Origin: Octopus bimaculoides
Taxonomy: Eukaryota
DNA length: 64,000 nucleotides
Assembly: GCF_001194135.2 (NCBI RefSeq)
Contig: NC_068987.1
Location: 89,216,640-89,280,639, forward strand
Direction: 5' to 3'
Below the pieces are notes generated by a model. The model did not search any database, was not told the DNA's origin, and was given only the letters and a program-made list of their open reading frames with translations. The position numbers and the translations under genes are program-made. This document shows positions 48,701 to 58,975 of this stretch, piece after piece. Numbering within the stretch: position 1 is the first letter of the stretch; each line of letters opens with the position of its first letter.

Positions 48701-51700
48701 GCGACGTGACTGCAGCAGCTAAAAAACATGTCCACACGGTAGTGAGGTAAGCGAGCTATTTACCACACAGCCACTCCTGTCCCTATATCTTTGCAAAATA
48801 GCAATTTCCTTGTCTCAACTAAATTTATACCCCAGTTACTCTCTGTAACTTGAAATCCTCACAATTCACATCAGAAAAAGAAATCTGAGATATACTTTCA
48901 TCTCCTCCTTTTTAAGGTTTTTGTCAGACCCAACAAATATTATTTACTTTTATTACTATAACAATGCCCTCCTCATAAAGCCACCAATATGCAGAGACAC
49001 TACACTTAAAATATGTCAGTAAATTAATGTTATTCTTTTAATCACTGCCGCTCACTAATCAATGCAATATCAACATGTTCACACAGGCACATGGCGTAGT
49101 GGTTAAGAGCACGGGCTACTAACCCCAAGATTCCGAGTTTGATTCCAGGCAGTGACCTGAATAATAATAACATCAAAAAATACCTTAGGAATGAGAACCC
49201 AGGTTCGAAATTTCCCCAAGACACCTGATGAAGGCTGGAGAGTATATCAGCCAAAACGTTGTGTTAACAACAAACAGGATGAGGACAAATATCCGTCAAA
49301 TGTAAATAATGTGAATAATTCCTCATCTCTTAAATATAGAACTGTACGTTCACGCTTGCTTAGCATCAATAAATCTTGATTTCATTTAAACAGCTGGTGT
49401 ATACAAATGACACTGAAGTTTTACACTAATTGTTTTATCCACATCCAAATCTTTCTTTAATTAAATCACAAAATTCACTGATTGAAGTATTGACTATCAT
49501 TATGCTCAAGAATGAAAGAAAGAAACAACTTCTAAAGAAAATCATTCAATAAAAATGCAACAAGTAACACTTTCAGAAATATACAAGTAAAGTGAGACAT
49601 TACACATAGATACAAACATAAGCAGATGCTCAGAGAGAGAGAGAGAATAAGAGAAACACTGAAACATCTGATGCCCAAAATGGCTGGGCCAAAATGTCTC
49701 TACCCTTCTCTTGAAATATTTGCTTTCTAAAACGAGACTAAATTTTGTTTTTGATGTCGAAGTATTTAGTAATAGTTTTCAACTGCAAACAACAACACTA
49801 TTTGGTGATAGGAGAGATATTTGTGGTATAGAACTTTTAAGAATTAATAGAAATACATAGAACACATGGCATTTCTAAAAGAAGTCTGGCTGGTTGGAAA
49901 GAGTTACTTTAATTTCATAAAGAAGTTTCTTACCCGAAATCCCAATTTAAAACCAACCTCTGTTGAAAACTGATTTTTAATTTTTTCATATTGAATTTTC
50001 TCAGCAGAAGCTTCCGGATCATAAGTCTGGCTTCCAATCTTTATGTCAGCAATACTAGCTTTTTCAAATTCAACTGTCATGTCTTCTAAGTGAAGGTACA
50101 GTTCTGTAATAAAATAGAAATTGTAAACATTGTTTAGTTAAGAACAAACCATTACAAATATTAGTTTTTTTCTCATTAGCATAAAAATGGGGTGGATATA
50201 ATCAACTGAATACACTGGAGTAGATTTACTTAGGAATGAAAGCTACACTCACCTCTCGGTGTAGACGTACATCATCATCATTATCTTAATGTTCCTTTAT
50301 TCAAACCTGGGCACCAAATCGTTAATTAACAAAATTAACATTTTTGTTAACAATTTACCTTTTAAGTTAACTTTGGAAATCATTACCAGACTAATTAACT
50401 TCCATTACATTTAACTTCCATTAACTCAAGTCAACTTGAGTTAACTTCATTTCAATTGAAGTTAATGGATTTTATAGTTTTGGCACTTTTTAAAGGTGCT
50501 TTTAGGTGATTTTTAGAGCAAAAAAGGGGGGGGGGTTCTAGAATAAAAATTCACATTAACAGTTTGTCCAATAACTTCCATTACATTAAGAAATCACTGG
50601 TTAACGGTTATTGACGTTCACTTTTCGATTTATGGTGCCCACCTTTGCCTTTATCCATGCTTGCATGAGCTGGACAGACTTTACTGCAGCAGATTTCCTA
50701 TGGCAAGATGCCTTTCCTGCTGACAACCCTTATCTGTTTCCAAACAAAGAAATATTTCCCCATGACCAGACATGTTTTCAGGTTTGACTCGGGGCTTTTA
50801 ATACCAAAACATCTTGCGAGTTGTCTCCCCTACTCAACGATCTTATTAAAACTTAATTAGACATTGCGCTTGTCTTTCGTGATCCCATCAGTATTTCTAA
50901 TTATAATTTTGATTTTTAAATATGCCAGCATTATTTCAACTATAAATATCTTTGTTTCGACTGAACCTTTAGTCTGTAAACACAGCTTTTCTGCTTCATA
51001 TTAGCTTATTGCAGTCTAAGCATTACACTCTTTGAAAATACAGCTTCATCAATATGTAAACCTATCACCAGACTCAATTTCATCTTGCTTGAGACTGACA
51101 AGTTGTGCTTGGCTCCACTAACTGACATGGCTTTGGTCAAGTGTCTGTTACTGTCTCCTTGCCTGATAACTAAATATCATTGTCATGTAAGTAATGTCTG
51201 TCCATGGCAGACACATTCTTTCCTACTCTAGGCACAAGGCCCAGTCAATTAGATCGACCCCAGTATGCAACTGGTACTTAATTTATCGACCCCCAAAAGG
51301 ATGAAAGGCAAAGTCGACCTTGGCAGAATTTGAACTCAGAACGTAAAGACAGACGAAATCCCGTTAAGCATTTTGCCCGGTGTGCTAACGTTTCTGCCAG
51401 CTCACAGCCTTTTGGGGAATAGACACTCTGGGTTGGTTTGTTTCCCATATTTGGAAACAGGTGGACATTGACCTCAAAAAGAGCATCCGACTATAGAAAA
51501 TTCCACCTGACCCATGCAAGCACAGAAAAGTGGATGTTAAAACTGTGATGATGATGATGATGATATGTATATAAATACTTTTGCATCCGGCTACTGACCA
51601 TTTCTCTTTCCCTCATCTCTCCCTTCTTAAGTGACCTTCATCCCCTCCCATAAGGCCTTGGAGTTTGTAGTCCAGTGAGCTGCATGGCAACCTCAAGATT

Positions 51701-52703
51701 GCTGGTGGCACAAGAAGCACTCAGTCCATGCTGTAAAAAGGTTGGTATAAGGAAGGGCACCAAGCTGTAGAAACCATGCCAAAGCAGACCCTGCAGCATG
51801 GACATGGTCGACAGAATATTAAATCCTGTCAAACCATCCAACCCATGCCAGCATAGGAACATGGACATTAAATGACGATGATGATCCAAACATCTGCTGG
51901 GTTATGCAAAAGTTGTCTTACTGAAAATCTTGTTGTAATGTGGAATCCTGAGATGTAAAACCCATTCCCTCTACAGCCTTCCAGGTTACCTACAAACTAC
52001 ACATGTAGAAATCAATAAGAAAATATATGTAGGAGCAGGAGTGGCTCTGTGGTAGGAAGCTTGCTTCCCAACCACATGGTTCCAGGTTCAGTCCCACTGC
52101 ATGGCACCTTGGGCAAGTGTCTGCTACTATAGCTTCGGGCTGACCAAAGCCATATGAGTGTATTTGGTAGACGGAAACTGAAAGAAGCCTGTCGTATATA
52201 TATATATATATATATGTATTTGTGTGTCTGTGTTTGTCCCCCCACCACCGCTTGATAACTGATGTTGGTGTGTTTACATCCCTGTAGCTAAGCAGTCAAA
52301 CCGTCCAACCCATGCGAGCATGGAAAGCAGACATTAAATGATGATGACACCCACACACATGGTTTCCCTAGAGATGGCAACTATTACAAGGGAGATAATC
52401 GTTTCTTTATAATAGATGGAATTTGAAATTCAAGAATTACATAATGCACAATATTCACATGAGTTATTTTTTCTTTACTTACGAGAGCGACGAGTTGTAT
52501 ATCGAAGTTCTCAATATTTCTAGTCAGTGGTACAAAGAGATATGCTTCCCAACCATGTGATCCTGGATTCAGCCCCGCAATGCAGAACCTTAAGTAAATA
52601 TCTTCTATCATAGCCTCAGACTGGCCAGAGACTTGTGAGTGGATTTGGAAAACGGAAACTGAAAGAAGCCCGTTGTATGTATGAATATGTGTATATTTTT
52701 ATC

Positions 52704-52737
<34 letters not shown>

Positions 52738-53116
52738 TTAGGGAAAAAAAACAAGTTCCATGAACTCATCGATGAAAGTCCACTATCACATATAGAAAAA
52801 TTAATAATTAAAACACAATAAATGAGTATAATATAATACAAAGTAAATATCATAAGATAAAGATAATACATTTTATTATTTTTATCTTATGATAATTACT
52901 TTATATTATATTATACTAATTTATTATGCTTTTAATTATTAATTTTTCTACATGTGATAGTGGATTTTCATCACTGAGTTCATGGAACTTGGTTTTTTTC
53001 CCTAAAACTATATATTTATATATATTTTAATCTGTAAAGCTCAATTTAATTTTAATTTTTTATAAATTGATTTTAATTGAGTTTTTACCTGTAATTTTGG
53101 ATTTTGTCCCTAATAT

Positions 53117-53153
<37 letters not shown>

Positions 53154-55432
53154 CATATGCTTTTGTTGCGAATGGATTTGTTATATGGCACCAAGTTTTA
53201 CAATTCTGTGAATAATAATAATGGTATTTTTATATAAGCTTAAAGCTTATAGTAATCACTGTGCAATGACTAAGGAAAATAGTCTAATAAAGGGGCCTAT
53301 AAGCCCTTGACAGGAAAAAGTAGGCTTTCCCATTCTAGTGTATGTCACAGCCCAATCCTAGAGTATGGCACAGTACATCCAAAAGTATGACAGCCCCCAT
53401 CATAAAGTATGACACAGCCCCCCCATCATAAAGTATGACAGCCCCCATTCTAGATGATGTTACAGCCCTGTTGTAAAATATGTACACTTTTATAGGCTCA
53501 ACAGTTTCATCGATTGTGTCAATGTCCCCTGGTGAATGTTGCCATTTTTGGTCCTCAACTGTTTATTTATTAACCATCAAGCTGGATTATTTGCAGCTAG
53601 CCTGTATATTCCACCATCCACCACATGTGGATAGACATGTTCTGTAGGAGCACAGCTCTACAAAGAGGCAGAAGAGACAGAGTATGAGATAATGTGTGAT
53701 AATGAATGACTGTGAAAGACTTTGACAATTTAAGAATAAAATGTCCGCCAGGCTTACCAACAAATAACACGATATAAAAACAAAACAGCAACAACAAAAA
53801 TGTATGTGTGTGTGTGACAAAAGACTGAGACCTCTGGAGGTATGCTGTGACTGAGAAGACTCGGAAAATAAAGTGAGTCCACAGCTGTAACCTACACCAG
53901 TGTTGCATAACCAACCCACTCAAAAGTACCTTGGATCATAGGGCGACATGCCGTGCTTGAGGAGACCTACTGAGTCAAGTACATCAATATCAATAGCAAT
54001 ATCAAATCAAATTACAATCAAACGAAAATTGTAGTTGTGACCCCCGTACCAGTGGCATGTAAAAAGCACCATCCGAATGTGGCCGATGCCAGTGCCACCT
54101 GACTGGCCCCTGTGCCGGTGGCACATAAAAAGCACCCACTACACTCTCAGAGTGGTTAGCATTAGGAAAGGCATCCAGCTGTAGAAACACTGCCAGATCA
54201 GATTGGGACCTGGTGCAGCCTCCTGGCTTCCCAGATCCCAGTCGAACCATCCAACCCAAGCCAGCATGGAAAACAGACGTTAAACGATGATGATGATGAT
54301 ATAAGAATTAAGATGAGGATTCTGATAGAATCAGGTACTTGAAAAGGTATGTACCAGGTAAGGCTGGGTAATAGTAATTTTTGAGTTTTTTAAATTTTTA
54401 AACTCATTATTGATAGGTAGCACTCTACTATAACTTTAATTCCATAAGTTCAGTTTTATTTGACAGCCTCCGTAAGCTTTCCCCCACCACTTCCAACCAA
54501 TATCCACCGAATACCCCCCAAATTTCTGTTTCTCTATCCCTCTCCCCTGGTCATTTACCATTAGCAAGAGACTCCCATACCCCAAGCCTATATCTGATTG
54601 TATACCTTTATTTTTATTTTATTTTTCTTTCACCCTTATGTTTCGACCCCTCCTTACTTACCACAACCCAGAGCTTACCATAATAAATTTTCTCCTACAA
54701 TCCAATCCAGCCTACCCTTGATCTAGTCTAGCAGACTCCTCCTCACCCGAATCACTGACCTCAATATCAAATTACACATTTTCAAGACCTACATTGATAA
54801 CCTAAACTGCCAACATAGTTGCTCCTTCTCCCATTTCATAGTTGGCCTTGATGGACATATCCCAAGACACTTACACTCTGTCATACATTCACACTGACAT
54901 TACACATCAAGCGAAGCATACTAGCTTCATTTCTTTCAAGCCTATGCATATCCTCAGTGGTCACAGCCCATGTTTTGCTACTGTGTAGCATAGCTGTCCA
55001 CACATAGGCTTCATACTGTTTGCCTTTTACTCTGAGGGAGAGGCCCTTAGTTACCAACAGAGATAGGAGCTCTCTGAACTTTGCTCAGCCTATTCTTATT
55101 CTTGCAGCCATGCTCTCTGAGCATCCAGCTCTGCTACTGACTTAGTCACCTAGATAACAGAAGCTACCAACTACCTCTAGCTTACTTCACTGGCATTTCA
55201 TGGAGTCTATTTTTGGGACATTTTTAGTGTTTATTGTAACTGTGCACCTTCTACACGCAAAAACTATTTTCCCAGTCAATCTTCCTCTGATATTGCTGCA
55301 CCTCTTATGTGTCCATAGTTTACACCAGGTACAACTTATGGAATTTGTACCTACATTTTTTCTACAGATTGATAAGGGCCATCAACCTGAAGGGATTTGT
55401 GATTTGTCTAGCAATTTGTCTGTATGTGTGTG

Positions 55433-55524
<92 letters not shown>

Positions 55525-58500
55525 TGTGTGTTCAGTTGACAACCAGAGTTGGTTTGTTTACATCTCCATAACTGAGCAGTTCTGCAAAACAAGTTGAGAG
55601 AATAAGGGCCAAACTTAAGAAGTTGGTGCGAGAGTCAATTTGTTTGACTAAAACCCTTCAAAGCAGTTCCCCAGCATGGCCACAGTCCAATAACTGAAAG
55701 CAAGTAAAAGGTTAAAGATAAACAAATGCATAAAACAAAAAACAAAGGCTTACCATCAGGGAAAATATCAAATTTGCAAGTGCCATAGAAGTACGGTAAG
55801 AAGTCCTTCAAGCGTTTGAGGATGGGATCTGATTCAGCCTTTTCATCAAAGACAGTCTGGTAAAAATTTAGTTCACGAAGACCCCGTGGTGGGAGTTGGA
55901 TAAGTTTCAGTAAAGTCTTCTCCTTTGTCTGAAGGAAAGCTACAAAAGGAATACACAATATGAAAGAGGCACATTTTATACATCTGTGTGTTTTAGTGTG
56001 TGTGTGTGTGTGTGTGTGNNNNNNNNNNNNNNNNNNNNNNNNNNNNNNNNNNNNNNNNNNNNNNNNNNNNNNNNNNNNNNNNNNNNNNNNNNNNNNNNNN
56101 NNNNNNNNNNNNNNNNNNNNNNNNNNNNNNNNNNNNNNNNNNNNNNNNNNNNNNNNNNNNNNNNNNNNNNNNNNNNNNNNNNNNNNNNNNNNNNNNNNNN
56201 NNNNNNNNNNNNNNNNNNNNNNNNNNNNNNNNNNNNNNNNNNNNNNNNNNNNNNNNNNNNNNNNNNNNNNNNNNNNNNNNNNNNNNNNNNNNNNNNNNNN
56301 NNNNNNNNNNNNNNNNNNNNNNNNNNNNNNNNNNNNNNNNNNNNNNNNNNNNNNNNNNNNNNNNNNNNNNNNNNNNNNNNNNNNNNNNNNNNNNNNNNNN
56401 NNNNNNNNNNNNNNNNNNNNNNNNNNNNNNNNNNNNNNNNNNNNNNNNNNNNNNNNNNNNNNNNNNNNNNNNNNNNNNNNNNNNNNNNNNNNNNNNNNNN
56501 NNNNNNNNNNNNNNNNNNNNNNNNNNNNNNNNNNNNNNNNNNNNNNNNNNNNNNNNNNNNNNNNNNNNNNNNNNNNNNNNNNNNNNNNNNNNNNNNNNNN
56601 NNNNNNNNNNNNNNNNNNNNNNNGTGTGTGTGTGTGTGCGCGCGCGCGTGCACATATATTAATGTTTGCTTTCATGCTGAACTATAAAAAAAACAAATTT
56701 ATATTAAACTGAGAGATTACTCTATAGTTTTTGTTGAGTAAGTATTTATTATACTTTTATAAGAAGAGTGGTTACAGTGGCTTCAAAGTTTTGGCCTACT
56801 GGCCTTCATTAGACTGTTATACATTTGATTTCATCTGGGTTGTATGTAATCCCTGGTAAGTTTATTTTTGTCTGGAGTGAGTAAAGGTATGTTCAATGAT
56901 AATTAGTTGTAAGTTCTGGTAGAAAGATATTATAGAAGGTTTCTTTTATTTAAAGTTGGAGATGTATTATTGTTCAGAGTTCAGTCACGAATCTCCTAAT
57001 CTTTCTTTTACTTGTTTCAGTCACTAGATTGCAGTCATGCTGGGGCACTGCTTTTAAGGGTTTTAGTCAAACATTTTGAACCCAAAGTTTAGTACTCATT
57101 CTATCAGTCTCTTCTGCTGAACAACTAAGTTACAGGAATATAAACAAACCAGTACCAATTGTCAAGCAATGGGAGGACACAAATACAAACACACACACAT
57201 CTATATACACATACATGACAGGTTTCTTTCAGTTTCCATCTACCAAATTCACTCATAGGGCTTTGATTGGCCAGGGGCTTCAGTAGAAGACGCTTGCCCC
57301 AGGTCCTATGCAGTGGGACTGAACCCTGAACCATGTGGTTGGGAAGCAAATTTCTTACCACAGAGCCACACCTGCAAAGCTTTGTAATCAGGTGTGTCTA
57401 TTTATGCACGTCAGCTTCAGGTCTTAGATTGCTTTTTAGAGTTCACAAAATAATATGAATAGATGAAACCTTTAATTGACCAGTTGGTGTGTAACTAGAT
57501 TTAATTGTTGTTATTTGAATACTATTTAGGAGATTTAACACATCTGTTTTGGGATGATGGAAGTTATTGTTCAGAGTTCAGTCAAGCATGTGAAACTAAA
57601 GGCTAAAACCAAGGCCATACATACAACTCTAACAACTGAAACTGCAGAATCTTTCCATTTTACTCTCTAAATGGAAGCTATCTCATAAGTAATACTGTTT
57701 TTAGCACAGCTCTATACCATCTGCTATATCCACATACATAGGGTCTATAGCAAACCAATTCAAGTCACAATACAACCAATACACAAAAATTTTCAACTCA
57801 AACAGGAAAAAATGACACATTACTATCAAAACATATATGGACACTTAAAACCAAAACATAAACCATTTAGTATTAGTTGGAAAATACTGTTGAATGCACA
57901 ACCATAGCAAGGAAATAACAAACCCTTCCAATGGATCCTTCTATTCTCAAATTTAAGGATCAAATACTGAACTGTGAATTAGTTCCTTCCAGCAAACAAA
58001 ATCTTCAAAACACTAAGACATTTCAAGCTAATAGTTTTCAAATAAACACACAAATAAATACACTTAAATATATCCCGTACATATATATAAATACACACAC
58101 ATAGAATTATCCAGAAACACATAAAATAATATCTTAGAAATGTCATTAGAAATACTCAAACTTAAAACTGAATAGAAGAAATATAATGACATCGTCAACA
58201 ATCTTTAGTTTCCTAAAACACAAAGCTTTAATTTTCTACACAATAATCAAGTATCATCAACAATAAGAAAATGCTAATTAGAAATCTTCTGACCAATTAA
58301 TTTTTCCACCCACTAAAATTCTTTTGTGAACCCTTAAAATACAGAATATCAAATGTCTACACAAAAAAACTAGACACATCTAAATAGAACAACTACAAGC
58401 GTCCTCTCCATTTAAACAAAATGCGCAACCATAGGCGCAAGAGTGGCTATGTGGTAAGTAGCTTGCTTACCAACCACATGGTTCCAGGTTCAGTCCCACT

Positions 58501-58975
58501 GCGTGGCATCTTGGGCAAGTGTCTTCTACTATAGCTTCGGGCCGATCAAAGCCTTGTGAGTGGATTTGGTAGACGGAAACTGAAAGAAGCTCGTCATATA
58601 TATATGTATATATATATGTGTGTGTGTGTCTGTGTCTGTGTTTGTCCCACTAGCATTGCTTGACAACCGATGCTGGTGTGCTTATGTCCCCGTCACTTAG
58701 CAGTTCAGTAAAAGAGACCGATAGAATAAGTACTAGGCTTACAAAGAATAAGTCCCGGGGTTGATTTGCTCGACTAAAGGTGGTGCTCCAGCATGGCCGC
58801 AGTCAAATGACTGAAACAAGTAAAGAATAAAGAGTAACCAAATAAAAAGAAAATAATTTAACTTACATATTACATTGTTCTTTCGATTCACTAGGTGTCC
58901 AGCTACTTGGTGGTCCAAAGGTTTTGTTCCTGGTGGCAGCTGACGGAAATTGTCGTCTGACTGAGTTGTAGCCAT
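45293..58975 (-). CDS. IPMK: Inositol polyphosphate multikinase (IPK superfamily), complete 321-aa CDS, divergent
   Basis: Exons 58975-58867, 55939-55754, 50103-49934, 46127-46043 and 45708-45293 (109+186+170+85+416 = 966 nt), all GT-AG with phases 1,1,0,1. Motifs: QVAGH, KLIQLPPRGLRELNFY, LPYFYG, LED, DIKIG, YDPEAS.EKI, LRKDAV, WFENQ, FYSSSILCIYEG, VKMIDFGH, DNNYLIGL. These match recalled IPMK rather than IP6K or ITPK. Confidence 0.95.
46043..46127 (-). CDS. IPMK: IPMK coding exon 4 (VYRPSTDTFHFACRKKLLQLDRFQILEE)
   Basis: gtgttacag acceptor, G|GTTTGT donor, 85 nt, phase 0/1; it fills exactly the phase and size gap between exons 3 and 5 and begins with the expected VY. Confidence 0.82.
46247..46610 (-). 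mobile_element. SINE family A body; its head lies at 48746-48780, displaced by the ORF1-only element
   Basis: The consensus continues seamlessly across the insertion when one TSD is removed. Confidence 0.85.
46611..48745 (-). mobile_element. ORF1-only non-LTR (L1/Tx1-like) retroelement remnant with CCHC zinc knuckle, inside IPMK intron 3
   Basis: Flanked by 16-bp imperfect direct repeats (46595-46610 ggtaagcaagctactt; 48746-48761 ggtaagcgagctattt) that split a SINE head. It contains a disrupted ORF with CHLCLEPGHIKKDC and an A-rich 3' end (gaatgaaataaa on - strand). No endonuclease or RT sequence was seen. Confidence 0.75.
46972..48111 (-). pseudogene. Disrupted LINE ORF1-like nucleic-acid-binding protein (gag-like knuckle)
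   Basis: ATG at 48111 (MAENIKKNK...), in-frame TAG at about 47884, frameshift at about 47820, then ARAWVCGLPPGIVPDWI...RYPVIVEGHPPKCHLCLEPGHIKKDC, a K-rich tract, a second frameshift at about 47270, ending at TGA 46972. Confidence 0.75.
49086..49344 (+). mobile_element. tRNA-headed SINE (family E) with hammerhead-like 3' module
   Basis: A box TGGCGTAGTGG, B-box-like GAGTTTGATTCC, short (AAT)n, then GACAC-CTGATGA-A-GGCTG-loop-CAGCC-(A)AAA-CGTT-GTGTT at 49220-49265; homologous to 8618-9062 and 23685-24003. Confidence 0.85.
49934..50103 (-). CDS. IPMK: IPMK coding exon 3 (ELYLHLEDMT...ASIADIKIGSQTYDP...GFKLGFR)
   Basis: ttattacag acceptor, CGG|GTAAGA donor, 170 nt; contains the DxKxG signature. 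Confidence 0.93.
50302..50647. mobile_element. hAT-type MITE in IPMK intron 2
   Basis: TIRs CAAACCTGGGCACCA / TGGTGCCCACCTTTG; 8-bp TSD cctttatt / cctttatc; splits a family C tail. Confidence 0.7.
51218..51412 (-). mobile_element. SINE family B
   Basis: Reverse complement of the consensus. Other copies lie at about 6232-6316, 11478-12045 (split by a MITE), 14250-14385, 30735-30930 and 59310-59620. Confidence 0.8.
52034..52348 (+). mobile_element. SINE family A (5' part) joined to a family C tail
   Basis: Family A to about 52285, then cagtcaaaccgtccaacccatgc...atgatgatg. Confidence 0.75.
52731..53013. mobile_element. AT-rich foldback MITE in (TA)n
   Basis: About 130-bp inverted arms (tatagttttagggaaaaaa... 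/ ...ttttttccctaaaactata) with a loop of about 20 nt. Confidence 0.75.
53381..53450. repeat. Minisatellite, about 3 units of aaagtatgaca(ca)gcccccatcat
   Basis: Visible tandem units. Confidence 0.75.
53985..54300 (+). mobile_element. Repeat family C
   Basis: Consensus match. Other copies lie at about 7385-7580, 9413-9590, 26320-26600, 31955-32210, 35845-35970, 42375-42560, 43790-44112, 51690-51885, 63420-63582 and 63745-64000. Confidence 0.75.
55430..55530. repeat. (TG)n microsatellite
   Basis: About 100 bp of TG. Further (TG)n/(TA)n tracts lie at 5224, 6166, 13139, 15297, 15590, 24351, 24928, 52708, 53120 and 55995. Confidence 0.95.
55530..55712 (+). mobile_element. SINE family A 3' half after a long (TG)n
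   Basis: Tail consensus ...CCAGCATGGCCACAGTC...ACTGAAA. Confidence 0.75.
55754..55939 (-). CDS. IPMK: IPMK coding exon 2 (SFLQTKEKTLLKLIQLPPRGLRELNFY...FYGTCKFDIFPD)
   Basis: ttttgtag acceptor, G|GTAAGC donor, 186 nt, phase 1/1. Confidence 0.93.
57003..57375 (-). mobile_element. SINE family A, full length, diverged
   Basis: Reverse complement of the consensus. Confidence 0.8.
58434..58832 (+). mobile_element. SINE family A, full length
   Basis: Consensus match; ends about 30 bp from the IPMK exon 1 donor. Confidence 0.85.
58867..58975 (-). CDS. IPMK: IPMK coding exon 1 (MATTQSDD...QVAGHLVNRKNNVI)
   Basis: ATG at 58975, QVAGH motif, T|GTAAGT donor. A likely acceptor (ttattgtag, AG at 59052-59051) implies an upstream non-coding exon that was not located. 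Confidence 0.9.

Noticed and set aside
49086-49160. tRNA-like sequences with A and B boxes (also the heads of families A, B and D)
   Set aside because: They lack a proper acceptor stem and are always followed by SINE bodies, so they are not called as tRNA genes.
54480-54900. C-rich tract with LNIKLHIFKTYI, resembling a LINE RT C-terminus
   Set aside because: A single short motif with no supporting context.
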